From NCBI GenBank assembly GCA_964487065.1, contig CAZAPE010000004.1, positions 1 through 31,901 of the forward strand: a DNA stretch of 31,901 nt. The letters are read 5' to 3'. Shown piece by piece: positions 17,763 through 28,174 of this stretch. The first letter of the stretch is position 1; each line of letters starts with the position of its first letter. The translations under genes were made by a program, and so were the position numbers. The DNA is from an uncultured Planctomycetia bacterium. GTDB taxonomy: Bacteria; Omnitrophota; Gorgyraeia; Kaelpiales; Kaelpiaceae. A model generated the notes under the pieces. It did no database searches. It saw nothing but the letters and a program-made list of their open reading frames with translations, and was not told the DNA's origin.

Positions 17763-18628
17763 TGAAAGTTTACCTAAATGGTGAACTGGTAGAAAAAAAG
17801 GATGCTAAGATATCTGTTTTTGATCATGGATATCTATATGGCGATGGTGTTTTTGAGGGGATTAGAGTATATAAGAAGGTTGTTTTTCGGCTAAAGCAGC
17901 ATTTAGAGAGGCTTTACCGCTCTGCGCATACAATTATGCTTGATATTCCCATAACTTTGACAGAGATGCAGAAAGAAATTATCAAGACACTAAAGGCGAA
18001 TAATATCCTTGATGGTTACATAAGACTTATCGTTTCCCGAGGCGAGGGTGATTTAGGCTTAGACCCTAGGAAGTGCAAAAAGGCAACAATTGTTATAATA
18101 GCGGATAAAATAGCTCTCTATCCGCAGCAATTATATAAAAAAGGCCTTGAAATTGTAACAGTACCTACGAGACGTAGTATACCTGAGGGATTGAATCCCC
18201 AGATTAAGAGTTTGAATTATCTGAATAATATTATGGCTAAAATAGAAGCTTTAAGTACCGGACATGAAGAGGCTATCATGCTTAATAACGAAGGTTATGT
18301 TGTTGAATGTACGGGAGATAATATATTTATTTATGATGGGGGAGTTATGTATACTCCACCGGTATATGTAGGCATTTTAGAGGGTATCACAAGAGATGCG
18401 GTGAAGTATCTGGCCAAGAAAAATAAAATATCGCTGTCTGAAGAAATTTTATCCAGACATGACCTTTATAATGCCGAAGAATGTTTCCTGACCGGGACTG
18501 CTGCGGAAATTGTACCTGTAGTTAAAATTGACGGTAGAAAGATTGGCAATGGCCTGCCTGGCAAAATTACAGCCAGACTTATTAAAGATTTTAAGGAATT
18601 AACAAAAAAAGACGGCGTAGCTTATTAG
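17762..18628 (+). CDS. ilvE: Branched-chain amino acid aminotransferase (PLP, class IV)
   Basis: DHGYLYGDGVFEG, KSLNYLNN, ECTGDNIF, ILEGITR, LTGTAAEIVPV. SD AAGGAGG fits ATG 17762 better than 17756. Confidence 0.92.
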   Translation: MKVYLNGELVEKKDAKISVFDHGYLYGDGVFEGIRVYKKVVFRLKQHLERLYRSAHTIMLDIPITLTEMQKEIIKTLKANNILDGYIRLIVSRGEGDLGLDPRKCKKATIVIIADKIALYPQQLYKKGLEIVTVPTRRSIPEGLNPQIKSLNYLNNIMAKIEALSTGHEEAIMLNNEGYVVECTGDNIFIYDGGVMYTPPVYVGILEGITRDAVKYLAKKNKISLSEEILSRHDLYNAEECFLTGTAAEIVPVVKIDGRKIGNGLPGKITARLIKDFKELTKKDGVAY

Positions 18629-18645
18629 AGGTATAAGGGGAAAGA

Positions 18646-19152
18646 ATGATTTGTGATATCTGCGGAAAGAAAGAATCAACAGTGCATCTAACAGAGATAA
18701 TCAATGGCAAGGCTACCGAGTTGCATCTCTGTGAAGATTGTGCGCGGGAAAAAGGTACTCAGATGGAACAACATTTTGGGATAGCGGATCTTCTGTCAGG
18801 ATTAGCAGACCTGGGGTCGGGAGTTGAGACAAAGGAAGAGGTTGGATTGAAATGCCTAAACTGCGCAATGACTTATAAAGATTTTAAAAAAATAGGCCGT
18901 TTTGGCTGCAGTCAGTGCTATGGTGCATTTAAAAAATATATACCTTCATTACTAAAAAGGATTCACGGCTCAACTAAATATATTGGCGAAATACCGACGA
19001 CAGAAGAGTATCAGGTTGTTAGAGATGAGCTTCAGGAACTGAGGAAAAAATTACAGGAACTGGTTGAAAGGGAGCAGTATGAAGAGGCTGCTAAGATCAG
19101 AGATAAAATAAAAAATTTAGAAATAGAGCGCACTAAAGATGAAAAGAAATAA
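18646..19152 (+). CDS. mcsA: McsA, activator of protein-arginine kinase
   Basis: Four CxxC motifs (CDIC, CEDC, CLNC, CSQC), GRFGC..CY and a C-terminal UVR domain; upstream of mcsB. Confidence 0.92.
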   Translation: MICDICGKKESTVHLTEIINGKATELHLCEDCAREKGTQMEQHFGIADLLSGLADLGSGVETKEEVGLKCLNCAMTYKDFKKIGRFGCSQCYGAFKKYIPSLLKRIHGSTKYIGEIPTTEEYQVVRDELQELRKKLQELVEREQYEEAAKIRDKIKNLEIERTKDEKK

Positions 19153-20191
19153 TATCGATGGTTTAATTAAAGAGTTGGGAGCCTGGCTGCAAGGGACTGG
19201 AGAATTTTCAGATATTGTTATTTCAAGCCGGATAAGATTTGCAAGAAACCTTAAGAATCTGCCTTTCTACCACTGGGCTGACGACAAAAGTAGAGAGGAT
19301 ATTTATAATAAGATTAAAGAGGTTGTTTTAAGTATTCCGGAATTTAAGAATGGGAACTGGGTTGATGTCTATAAGTTGAGTGATTTAGACAGATATTTTT
19401 TGCTGGAAAGACACTTAATTAGCCGCGAATTAACTGAAAAAGGGCTTTATAAGGGTTGTTTTATAGGAGATAGTGAGATAGTGTCTATTATGATAAACGA
19501 GGAGGATCATATCAGGATTCAGGTCCTGGAGTCGGGATTATCGTTACTTAAGGCATATGATTTGGCAAAAAAGATAGATGCTGCGCTTGCTCAGAGAATA
19601 GATTATGCTTTTAACTATGAATGGGGTTATCTTACAGCCTGTCCTACAAATACCGGAACCGGATTGCGGGCTTCGGTTATGCTGCATTTGCCCCTTCTTG
19701 TAATAACAAAACAGATAGCTAATGTCATTAATACCATTGCTAAGCTGAGTTTTACAACCCGGGGATTTTATGGCGAAGGAACAGAGGCTAGCGGTAATTT
19801 TTTCCAGATTTCTAACCAGGTTACTTTAGGAAGGTCGGAGAAGGAAATTGTAGAGAATTTACGTAAAGTTATCGATCAAATAATAACTTATGAAAGATCT
19901 GCCCGCGATAAGTTTCACAGCCAGGATAAACTTGCCCTTGAGGATCAGGTGTTCCGTTCTTACGGAATGTTAAGAAGTGCCAGAATTATAACAAGTAAAG
20001 AGGCTATTGAGCTCCTTTCGAATCTGAGGCTAGGGATAAATATCGGTATTGTAGATTTAGATATTAAAGTTATAAATGAGCTGCTTCTATATATACAACC
20101 AGCTCATCTTCAAAAGTTAGAAGGTAAAAAATTAAATTCAAAAGAAAGAGATATGAAACGTGCGCATCTTATACGTGAAAGGATAAAATAG
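19139..20191 (+). CDS. mcsB: Protein-arginine kinase McsB
   Basis: SSRIRFARN, NEEDHIR, CPTNTGTGLRASVMLHLP, RGFYGEG; located between mcsA and clpC. Confidence 0.95.
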   Translation: MKRNNIDGLIKELGAWLQGTGEFSDIVISSRIRFARNLKNLPFYHWADDKSREDIYNKIKEVVLSIPEFKNGNWVDVYKLSDLDRYFLLERHLISRELTEKGLYKGCFIGDSEIVSIMINEEDHIRIQVLESGLSLLKAYDLAKKIDAALAQRIDYAFNYEWGYLTACPTNTGTGLRASVMLHLPLLVITKQIANVINTIAKLSFTTRGFYGEGTEASGNFFQISNQVTLGRSEKEIVENLRKVIDQIITYERSARDKFHSQDKLALEDQVFRSYGMLRSARIITSKEAIELLSNLRLGINIGIVDLDIKVINELLLYIQPAHLQKLEGKKLNSKERDMKRAHLIRERIK

Positions 20192-20203
20192 GAGGTAAGC
20201 ATA

Positions 20204-22657
20204 ATGAATATGTTCAATCGTTTTACGGAACGTGCTAGAAAAGTTATTATACTCGCTAAAGAAGAGGCTAAACGGTTTAATCACGATTATATAGGAACCG
20301 AACATATACTTCTTGGGCTTTTAAGGGAAGGAGAGGGTGTAGCAGCCGCTGTTTTGAAAAGCTTAGGTTTGGAGCTGTCTCAAGTGAGACTTGAGATAGA
20401 GAAGTTTGTTCAGGTAGGACCCAATACAGTTATTTCGGGAGATGTTCCATTTACTCCACAGGCGAAAAAAGCAATAGAGCTTGCTATGGATGAGGCTAAT
20501 GCTTTGGGGCATAACTATATTGGAACGGAACATGTTTTACTCGGTTTAATAAGAGAAGGCGAAGGAGTAGCAGCTCAGGTATTGTTTAATCTTGGTCTGG
20601 ATGCTACTAAAGTAAGAGAAGCTGTGACGGAGCTTTTAGGCACATCTTTTTCTGGGACTGTTGGCGGCGGAATTGGTGCTCCTGCAGGTAAAAGTAAAAC
20701 GCCTGCACTTGATTCATTTGGAAGAGATTTAACAACCTTAGCCAGAGAAGACAAGCTGGATCCAGTTGTGGGCAGGCAGAATGAAATGGAACGTGTAATG
20801 CAGATTTTATGCCGGCGCACAAAAAATAGTCCTGTGCTGTTGGGAGAAGCAGGGGTGGGTAAAACTGCTATTGTGGAAGGGTTGGCTCAGGATATAGTTA
20901 AAGGAGGAGTTCCGGAATTATTAAGAAATAAAAGAATTGTTGCTTTAGATCTGGCGTTAATGGTTGCTGGAACTAAATACAGAGGTCAATTCGAAGAAAG
21001 AATTAAGGCTGTGATGAATGAAATAAAGCGTTCTGAAAATATAATTCTTTTTATAGATGAATTACATACTTTGGTAGGTGCTGGCGGTGCTGAAGGAGCT
21101 ATAGATGCCTCGAATATACTAAAACCTGCGCTGGCAAGAGGTGAAGTTCAATGTGTCGGAGCGACAACTTTGGATGAATATCGCAAGCATATCGAAAAAG
21201 ATGCGGCTTTGGAAAGGCGTTTTCAGACTATAATGGTTGAGCCTCCGACTGCGGATGAAACAGTTCAAATTCTTAAGGGGTTAAGGGATAAATATGAAGC
21301 GCACCACAGGGCTAAATTTACTGATGAAGCTTTAGTTGCTGCAACCAAGCTTTCGGATAGATATATTACAGGAAGATTTCTGCCAGATAAGGCAATAGAT
21401 TTAATAGATGAAGCCGGAGCTAAGGCAAGGCTTTCGGTTTTGACAATGCCGCCGGAATTAAAAGAACTTGAGAGCAAGATTGATAATATAAAAAAGGAAA
21501 AGGAGTCATCTATAAAGAACCAGGATTTCGAACGTGCAGCCAAACTTAGAGATCAGGAGAGAGAATCAAAACAGAGTTTGGAAGCAGAGAAGAAGAGTTG
21601 GGAAAAAAAGAAAATAGATGAACAACCTGTTATTGGGGCAGAGGAAATTGCAGTAGTAGTTTCAAAATGGACAGGGATTCCTTTAATGAAGCTTGAGGAA
21701 GCAGAGGGCGATAAGCTCCTTAAAATAGAGGAAGAATTGTGTAAAAGCGTTATCGGTCAGGAAGAAGCTATTCATGCTATTGCCAGGGCAATACGCAGGT
21801 CTCGCGCCGGATTAAAAGATCCGAAACGGCCCATAGGGACTTTTATATTTCTTGGGCCTACAGGTGTAGGAAAGACATTATTAGCGCGTGTTTTGGCCGA
21901 ATTTTTATTCGGCGATGAGAATGCATTGGTGCAGCTTGATATGTCTGAATATATGGAAAAATTTAATGTTTCCAGGCTCGTGGGAGCTCCTCCTGGTTAT
22001 GTTGGTTATGAAGAAGGCGGTCAGCTTACTGAGAAAGTTAGGCGGCGACCGTATTCAGTAGTTCTTTTAGACGAAATAGAAAAAGCCCATCCCGATGTAT
22101 TTAATATATTGTTGCAGGTCATGGAAGATGGAAGGCTTACTGATAGTTTCGGAAGGCGTGTTGATTTTAGAAACGCAGTTATGATAATGACTTCAAATGT
22201 TGGCGCCTCGCTTATTAACAAACAGGGTGCTATAGGTTTTGATGCTCAGCATAAAGAAAATGTTATGGATCATGATGTGATGAAAAATAAACTTATGGAA
22301 GAAGTTAAGAAAACATTTAAACCGGAGTTTGTAAACAGAGTAGATGATATTATAGTCTTTCGTAGTTTAAATAGGGAGCATCTTGCTGATATAGTTACTA
22401 TAGAAATAGATGAGGTTAAAACCAGGATTCAAGATCAAGGATTAAGTCTGGAGCTCGATAAGGATGCAAAAGAATTTCTTATTGAAAAGGGATTCGACCC
22501 TATTTTCGGAGCACGGCCTTTAAAGAGGACTATTCAGAGGTATATAGAGGATCCTCTGGCGGAAGATGTAATTGCAGGCAAATTTAAATCCGGGGATATT
22601 ATTCTAATAGGAAAAAAAACAAAGTTAGAAGAGCTTAGTTTTGTAAAAAAGGTCTAA
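20204..22657 (+). CDS. clpC: ATP-dependent Clp protease ATP-binding subunit ClpC
   Basis: Two Clp-N repeats (GTEH), two AAA+ modules ([11 protein letters not shown] and [15 protein letters not shown]), UVR middle domain, IGF ClpP-docking loop. Confidence 0.97.
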   Translation: MNMFNRFTERARKVIILAKEEAKRFNHDYIGTEHILLGLLREGEGVAAAVLKSLGLELSQVRLEIEKFVQVGPNTVISGDVPFTPQAKKAIELAMDEANALGHNYIGTEHVLLGLIREGEGVAAQVLFNLGLDATKVREAVTELLGTSFSGTVGGGIGAPAGKSKTPALDSFGRDLTTLAREDKLDPVVGRQNEMERVMQILCRRTKNSPVLLGEAGVGKTAIVEGLAQDIVKGGVPELLRNKRIVALDLALMVAGTKYRGQFEERIKAVMNEIKRSENIILFIDELHTLVGAGGAEGAIDASNILKPALARGEVQCVGATTLDEYRKHIEKDAALERRFQTIMVEPPTADETVQILKGLRDKYEAHHRAKFTDEALVAATKLSDRYITGRFLPDKAIDLIDEAGAKARLSVLTMPPELKELESKIDNIKKEKESSIKNQDFERAAKLRDQERESKQSLEAEKKSWEKKKIDEQPVIGAEEIAVVVSKWTGIPLMKLEEAEGDKLLKIEEELCKSVIGQEEAIHAIARAIRRSRAGLKDPKRPIGTFIFLGPTGVGKTLLARVLAEFLFGDENALVQLDMSEYMEKFNVSRLVGAPPGYVGYEEGGQLTEKVRRRPYSVVLLDEIEKAHPDVFNILLQVMEDGRLTDSFGRRVDFRNAVMIMTSNVGASLINKQGAIGFDAQHKENVMDHDVMKNKLMEEVKKTFKPEFVNRVDDIIVFRSLNREHLADIVTIEIDEVKTRIQDQGLSLELDKDAKEFLIEKGFDPIFGARPLKRTIQRYIEDPLAEDVIAGKFKSGDIILIGKKTKLEELSFVKKV

Positions 22658-22758
22658 ATACTTTTTGTTTTTACAGTAAGAGTTTAATTTCTATTTAGGA
22701 TGGGTAATAACTTTTTTTCTTATCGAAAGTTTAAGGGCGCAGCAATCTTGTTTGATTA

Positions 22759-24432
22759 ATGTCTATATTAGAAATAAGAAAGAAATACAGGATTTTATAC
22801 CGCTTTCTTTTTGTTTTAGTGTTGATTTTTATCGTTAGCAATATACTTTCCTATGTTTTCTCAAGCTTTATATTTCCAAAACTGGTAAAAAATATACGGG
22901 TTTTAGATAATTTAGATGTTAGAGTGAAACGATGTAATTTTTCCTTCAATGAAGGCATCATTTTGAAAAGATTTTCCTTAAAAGGTGAAACAAGCGAAAT
23001 TAAGGCAAGGGAAATAACTTTTAAAAAACAGGCGAAAGTAATAAATGTTTCTTTCTACAGTGCAACCATGGATATCTCATTACTGGGGTTTTTATTGTCT
23101 AACTTCGGCGGCGGTTCAGAAACAGGTGAGTTGACAGCCAAATGCTATTTAAAAGATGTAAAGCTTAAAATAAATGAAAAAAGTTTTATTGATGTTGAAG
23201 AAGGATATCTACTTTTTGAGAAAGGGAACATTAGTTGGAATCTTCATCTCAGTCGCGAGCTGCTTCCTTTAACCTTTCAGGGTTTTGCCTCTGCGGCTCT
23301 TAAGAGTGCATTTTTCCTTACCAGTGTAGAATTTTTAAATTTTTCAATAGCCGGAGCATACAACTGGGAGGAAGATAAATTAGATAGTAAAATTTTCACA
23401 AAAGACAAAATATATAATTTTATTTCTATTGTCAAATTAACCGATTCAGATATCTATGTAAGCGATATTGTATTGGGAAATTTTAAAATAGAAGGTCCTT
23501 TGACTTTTAATCTCTCTGATAAGATCAGTTCTCCGTGGTCTTTTAAGAGCAATGATTCAAAAGCAGAGGGAGTTTTTTATATCCAGGCTGATGAGGAGAA
23601 TATTGGTATTGATTTCAAGGTGTTAAAGGCTCATTTAAAAGATTTCGAGTTGGTTACCAACTTTTATATTGCTTTTGCAAAAGAAGAGAAGATGTTGAAG
23701 CTGCATACATTGGGCAGCGTGGTAAATAACAAACCTTTCCCGGAATTGGATGTCAGTATCAAGTTTTTAAAGGAAGGTGTTTTAATCGAGGATTTTAACT
23801 ATCAGGGAGGAGTTAGATTTTCGGCTAATATAGATAAAAATTTAAATTTAAACCTTAAGGGAGAGTTTAGTGATTTTAATGTTCAGGAGATAATTGATTT
23901 GATAACACCGATTTATTCGCGCAATTTCTACATCAATAGAATTAACGGCAATATAAGCTTATTCTTTAATAATGGAATTAAAATTTACGATATCTCCCTT
24001 CTCCTTCCAGAAGGGAGAATCTGGAATTTTTCTTTTCAAAAAGGGAAACTGCATCTTATAGGCACTTCCAAGATATTAGAATTTGTCAATTCAGAGCTCG
24101 TTATAAATAATGCTCATATGGCAATAGAAGGAAAAGTGAATATTTCAAGTTTTCCTAATCGGCAGATGTTTGAGGAGATTTATTTAGTGCCAGTATCCTC
24201 TAAGCTTGCTTGGGGTGATACGAGTTTTGAAGAAAGATTCGGCGAACGTAAATATTCATTAGGAACAAAATTAAATGATAATGTCAGGCTCGATTATAAT
24301 GTTAATTTTACGGAGGGAGATAATTATAACAATAACGAGTTTTCTCTGGAGATAGAAGGGAAGCAAAATTTAAAATTGCGTATGAGAGAAGATGAAGAGA
24401 TAATGGGTGTTGAGAAAAAGATCGAATTTTAA
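22759..24432 (+). CDS. Hypothetical envelope protein, probably AsmA/TamB-like
   Basis: One N-terminal TM helix, then about 500 aa of alternating beta-strand pattern, and a C-terminal Phe (..GVEKKIEF). The CDS is well supported; the family call is tentative. Confidence 0.55.
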   Translation: MSILEIRKKYRILYRFLFVLVLIFIVSNILSYVFSSFIFPKLVKNIRVLDNLDVRVKRCNFSFNEGIILKRFSLKGETSEIKAREITFKKQAKVINVSFYSATMDISLLGFLLSNFGGGSETGELTAKCYLKDVKLKINEKSFIDVEEGYLLFEKGNISWNLHLSRELLPLTFQGFASAALKSAFFLTSVEFLNFSIAGAYNWEEDKLDSKIFTKDKIYNFISIVKLTDSDIYVSDIVLGNFKIEGPLTFNLSDKISSPWSFKSNDSKAEGVFYIQADEENIGIDFKVLKAHLKDFELVTNFYIAFAKEEKMLKLHTLGSVVNNKPFPELDVSIKFLKEGVLIEDFNYQGGVRFSANIDKNLNLNLKGEFSDFNVQEIIDLITPIYSRNFYINRINGNISLFFNNGIKIYDISLLLPEGRIWNFSFQKGKLHLIGTSKILEFVNSELVINNAHMAIEGKVNISSFPNRQMFEEIYLVPVSSKLAWGDTSFEERFGERKYSLGTKLNDNVRLDYNVNFTEGDNYNNNEFSLEIEGKQNLKLRMREDEEIMGVEKKIEF

Positions 24433-24436
24433 CGCT

Positions 24437-25201
24437 ATGTTTTTGGAAAAAATAAATAAATTTCTATGTTATGTAGGAAGTATAGCTATGCTTCTGGGGC
24501 ATACTATTTTTATTATGTTGTCAAAAAAAATACGTTTTGCTCCCATATATAAGCAGCTTATAAAAATAGGCCTTGAAAGCTTTCCTCTGGTATTCCTAAC
24601 ATCTATTTTTATAGGTATTGTTATAGCTCTGCAAAGCGCTTATCAGATGCAGAAGCTTTCAGCAGAAATCTATATCGCGGCTCTTGTGTCGCTTTCGGTT
24701 GTAAGAGAACTTGGCCCTGTTATTACGGGCCTTGTTGTCGCAGGCCGTGTCGGGGCATCCATATCTGCAGAGCTTGGCACAATGAAAGTTACTGAACAGA
24801 TAGATGCCTTGGAGGCAATGGCTATTGACCCTGTGCATTATCTTGTGGTACCGCGATTTATTGCGCTGCTTATTGTGCTGCCGATTTTGACTGTTTATGC
24901 TGATATTGTCGGTATTATGGGTGGGTTTTTGATTGGTGTTACCAAGCTTGGTATCGGGGTTACGCAATATACAAAATTAACTTTTGAAGCATTAAGCATG
25001 ATTGACATATATAGCGGTTTCACAAAGCCTATTGTGTTTGCGATAATTATAGCCCTCATTTCCTGTCATGAGGGTTTTAATGCGAGAGGCGGCGCAGAAG
25101 GGGTAGGGCAGGCGACTACAAAAACAGTTGTGAATACCTTTGTTTTAATTATTATGGCAGATTGTCTTATAACCGCATTATTTTATTTTCTTCCCAGATG
25201 A
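24437..25201 (+). CDS. mlaE: MCE-system ABC permease MlaE
   Basis: RELGPVITGLVVAGRVG..AELGTMKVTEQIDALEAM..GGAEGVGQATT. Start reassigned to ATG 24437 to avoid overlap with the upstream gene. Confidence 0.92.
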   Translation: MFLEKINKFLCYVGSIAMLLGHTIFIMLSKKIRFAPIYKQLIKIGLESFPLVFLTSIFIGIVIALQSAYQMQKLSAEIYIAALVSLSVVRELGPVITGLVVAGRVGASISAELGTMKVTEQIDALEAMAIDPVHYLVVPRFIALLIVLPILTVYADIVGIMGGFLIGVTKLGIGVTQYTKLTFEALSMIDIYSGFTKPIVFAIIIALISCHEGFNARGGAEGVGQATTKTVVNTFVLIIMADCLITALFYFLPR

Positions 25202-25941
25202 TAAAAGTTGTAGATATTTGGAAGGAATTTGACGGTCTTCAGGTATTAAAAGGTGTAAGCCTTGAAATATATGAGGGAGAGACTTTTGTTATTATAGGAC
25301 AGAGTGGCTCCGGAAAAAGTGTTTTTTTAAAACTCCTTTTAGATCTCTTGCATCCTGAAAAAGGGAAAATATATATAGATAGTCAAGAGGTGGTACAATC
25401 AAACGAAGAAGAATTATATTCTATAAGAATGAAATTTTCTTTTGTCTTTCAAAATTCTGCCCTGTTTGATTCATTAAATGTCTATGATAATGTTGGGTTT
25501 AGTTTGGTACAGCATACGGATTTAAGCGATGATTTGGTGGAAGAAAGAATTCTATACTGTCTTAAACTCGTGGGATTGGAAGGCATAGAGTACAAAATGC
25601 CGGCTGAGTTAAGCGGTGGGATGAAGAAAAGGGTAGCTATAGCAAGAGCTATTGTATTTAACCCGAAAATTATTCTTTATGATGAACCTACTGCGGGGCT
25701 TGATCCTATTGTTGCTTCTTCTATCAACAAACTGATAAAAAAATTAAAAAATGAGGTAAAAGCAACATCTATTGTAGTAACGCATGATATGAACAGCGCT
25801 TATTTTATTGCTGATAGGATTGCTATGCTGTATGGAGGAAAAATAATTCAAGTCGGTACTCCGGATGAAATAAAAGACTCAAAAAATCCCTTAGTAAAGC
25901 AATTTGTTAAAGGCGATTCCGAGGGTCCGATACAAACATGA
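25198..25941 (+). CDS. mlaF: MCE-system ABC ATPase MlaF
   Basis: GQSGSGKS, LSGGMKKRVAIARA, YDEPTAGLDP. Start 25198 forms an ATGA overlap with the mlaE stop. Confidence 0.9.
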   Translation: MIKVVDIWKEFDGLQVLKGVSLEIYEGETFVIIGQSGSGKSVFLKLLLDLLHPEKGKIYIDSQEVVQSNEEELYSIRMKFSFVFQNSALFDSLNVYDNVGFSLVQHTDLSDDLVEERILYCLKLVGLEGIEYKMPAELSGGMKKRVAIARAIVFNPKIILYDEPTAGLDPIVASSINKLIKKLKNEVKATSIVVTHDMNSAYFIADRIAMLYGGKIIQVGTPDEIKDSKNPLVKQFVKGDSEGPIQT

Positions 25942-26042
25942 TAATAAATATCAAAAATGGAATATTAAATATAAAATATATTGAACGTTAAACGGTTTTT
26001 TTATTTTTACAGTCTTAATTTTTTTAATAACAGGAGGTAGCT

Positions 26043-26828
26043 ATGGAATATATAAGAAAGAGCGAGTGGAAACTGGGTTTATTTATTGCCGGTGGAATTG
26101 TGTTTTTTGGGGCGCTAGTCTTTACTATAAGTAATTTGAGTTTTTTTCAGAAAGGTTATGAGATAAGAGTCCTTTTTCGTTTTGCTAGCGGCATAGATAG
26201 CGGGGCCCCGGTAAGGCTTGCCGGAGTAAAAGTAGGAGAGGTTAAAAATATTAAGATAATTTATGATCCCGGAGATGAGGTTCCGGCTATAGAGCTGGTT
26301 TTATATATTAAAGAGGGTGTTCGCATGAGGCAGAACGCTGATGTTTTAATAAGCACGCTTGGGCTTCTGGGAGAAAAATATGTTGAGATATTGCCTGGTA
26401 CTACAGAGAAGCCGCTCCTTAAAAACGGAGACATTATTGTCGGCCATGATTCTGTTCCTCTGGCAAGAATAGCAGACCTTACCTATCAGATAGCTCAGAA
26501 GTTGGATCAGGCTATAGATGCCTTTAGAGAAATATTTGTTAAAGAAGAGCAGAAGAAAGATATTAAGCTGACATTGCGTAACATCAGTGACTTAAGCAGT
26601 AATATGAACGATTTAGTCCTTAATACGGATAAAATCATGCAGCAGATAAACAGTGGCGAAGGAACTATGGGTAAACTGATTTATGATGAGCTTCTTTACA
26701 GGGAAGCCCTGGATCTAGTAGGTGAAGTTAAAAGAAATCCCTGGAAACTTTTGCGTAAGACAAAAGAGGTAAAGAAAGATGATCCAGTTAGCGGAAATCA
26801 GGGTTATTTTTATCAGGAAGATAAATAA
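26043..26828 (+). CDS. mlaD: MCE-domain protein MlaD with long helical tail
   Basis: N-terminal TM helix, MCE domain (FASGIDSGAPVRLAGVKVGEV..GLLGEKYVEILPG), helical tail ending GEGTMGKL..KRNPWKLL; SD AGGAGG. Confidence 0.88.
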   Translation: MEYIRKSEWKLGLFIAGGIVFFGALVFTISNLSFFQKGYEIRVLFRFASGIDSGAPVRLAGVKVGEVKNIKIIYDPGDEVPAIELVLYIKEGVRMRQNADVLISTLGLLGEKYVEILPGTTEKPLLKNGDIIVGHDSVPLARIADLTYQIAQKLDQAIDAFREIFVKEEQKKDIKLTLRNISDLSSNMNDLVLNTDKIMQQINSGEGTMGKLIYDELLYREALDLVGEVKRNPWKLLRKTKEVKKDDPVSGNQGYFYQEDK

Positions 26829-28171
26829 TGAAAAAACAATCTCTTTTTGTGTGTCAAAATTGCGGATATCAGTCTAGTGGGTTCCTTGGCCGTTGTCCTG
26901 AATGTGAGAGTTGGGATTCCATGCTTGAGGAGATTAGGGAAGAAGAGAAGAAAGCAGGTTCAATTCTTAATCCGGCACAACTGCTTAGCGATGTTGTATT
27001 TCAAGATAAGAATAGATCGACAAGCGCAATAGGAGAGTTAGACCTGGTTTTAGGAGGTGGTATTGTTTTAGGGTCGGTAATCTTGCTGGGGGGAAAACCT
27101 GGCATTGGCAAATCAACATTGATGTTGCAGGTAGCATCCAATTTGGCTAATAGCGGAGGCTGTGTTTTATACGTTTCGGGTGAAGAGTCTCTAATGCAAA
27201 TAAAGATGCGTTCCCAGAGGTTAAAAGTAAACGATAAAAAGGATCTTTACCTTCTTTCGGAGACAAGCCTGGATGTCATATTAGAGCAGGTGGCGGCTAT
27301 AAAACCCAAATATCTCATTATTGATTCAATTCAGGTAATTAATAATCCGCAGCTGTCTTCATCTCCGGGAACTATAAGCCAGGTTAAGGAATGTGCTGCC
27401 AGATTAACCAGAGTTTCTAAAGAAAAAGGTATCTCCACCTTTCTTATCGGCCATGTGACAAAGGAAGGGTTGCTTGCCGGACCTATGGTATTGGAGCATA
27501 TAGTTGATACTGTTTTGTATTTTGAGGGAGAGAGCTTTCTGTCGCATAGAATATTAAGAGCGGTAAAAAACAGATTTGGCTCTACCAATGAAATAGGTCT
27601 TTTTGAAATGGATGAAGATGGCCTGAAAGAGGTCAAAAATCCTTCTTCTGTATTTTTGCTTCGTGAAGAAGAGCAGGTTCCGGGTAACGTAATAGTTTCT
27701 ACTTTAGAGGGGACAAGGCCTCTCTTAGTGCAGATTCAGGCTTTGGTTGCAAAATCATATCTGGGATTTCCTGCCCGTAGAACTATAGGATTAGATCACA
27801 ATAGAGTAACACTTTTAACCGCTGTTTTAGAAAGGAGGGCTGGATTAGGACTCTATAACCAGGATATCTATGTTAATGTTGTCGGCGGTTTAAAAATCAA
27901 CGAACCTGCTGTTGATTTAGGAGTTGTTTTGGTTTTGGCGTCTTCTTTAAAGGGGGTATCCCTTGCTCATGATTTGGTTGTTTTTGGTGAAGTGGGATTG
28001 GCGGGGGAGATTCGTAAGGTAAGTTTCGCAGAAAAGCGAATTAAGGAAATTATTAAGTTAGGTTTCAAGAAATGTCTTATACCTCGTGGGAATTTGGCGG
28101 ATAAAGAGAAGTTTGATATTAAAATAATAGAAACATCAACCGTAACAGACGCACTAAAAATATTGGAGTGA
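26828..28171 (+). CDS. radA: DNA repair protein RadA/Sms
   Basis: C4 zinc finger CQNC..CPEC, GGKPGIGKST, KNRFG motif, Lon-like C-terminal domain. Confidence 0.97.
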   Translation: MKKQSLFVCQNCGYQSSGFLGRCPECESWDSMLEEIREEEKKAGSILNPAQLLSDVVFQDKNRSTSAIGELDLVLGGGIVLGSVILLGGKPGIGKSTLMLQVASNLANSGGCVLYVSGEESLMQIKMRSQRLKVNDKKDLYLLSETSLDVILEQVAAIKPKYLIIDSIQVINNPQLSSSPGTISQVKECAARLTRVSKEKGISTFLIGHVTKEGLLAGPMVLEHIVDTVLYFEGESFLSHRILRAVKNRFGSTNEIGLFEMDEDGLKEVKNPSSVFLLREEEQVPGNVIVSTLEGTRPLLVQIQALVAKSYLGFPARRTIGLDHNRVTLLTAVLERRAGLGLYNQDIYVNVVGGLKINEPAVDLGVVLVLASSLKGVSLAHDLVVFGEVGLAGEIRKVSFAEKRIKEIIKLGFKKCLIPRGNLADKEKFDIKIIETSTVTDALKILE

Positions 28172-28174
28172 GAT

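Noticed and set aside
18629-18645. CtsR box or CIRCE upstream of mcsA/clpC
   Set aside because: No matching heptad direct repeat or CIRCE palindrome seen.
26847-27032. 61-aa same-strand alternative-frame ORF inside radA
   Set aside because: No motif or convincing RBS; it is nested in a conserved gene.
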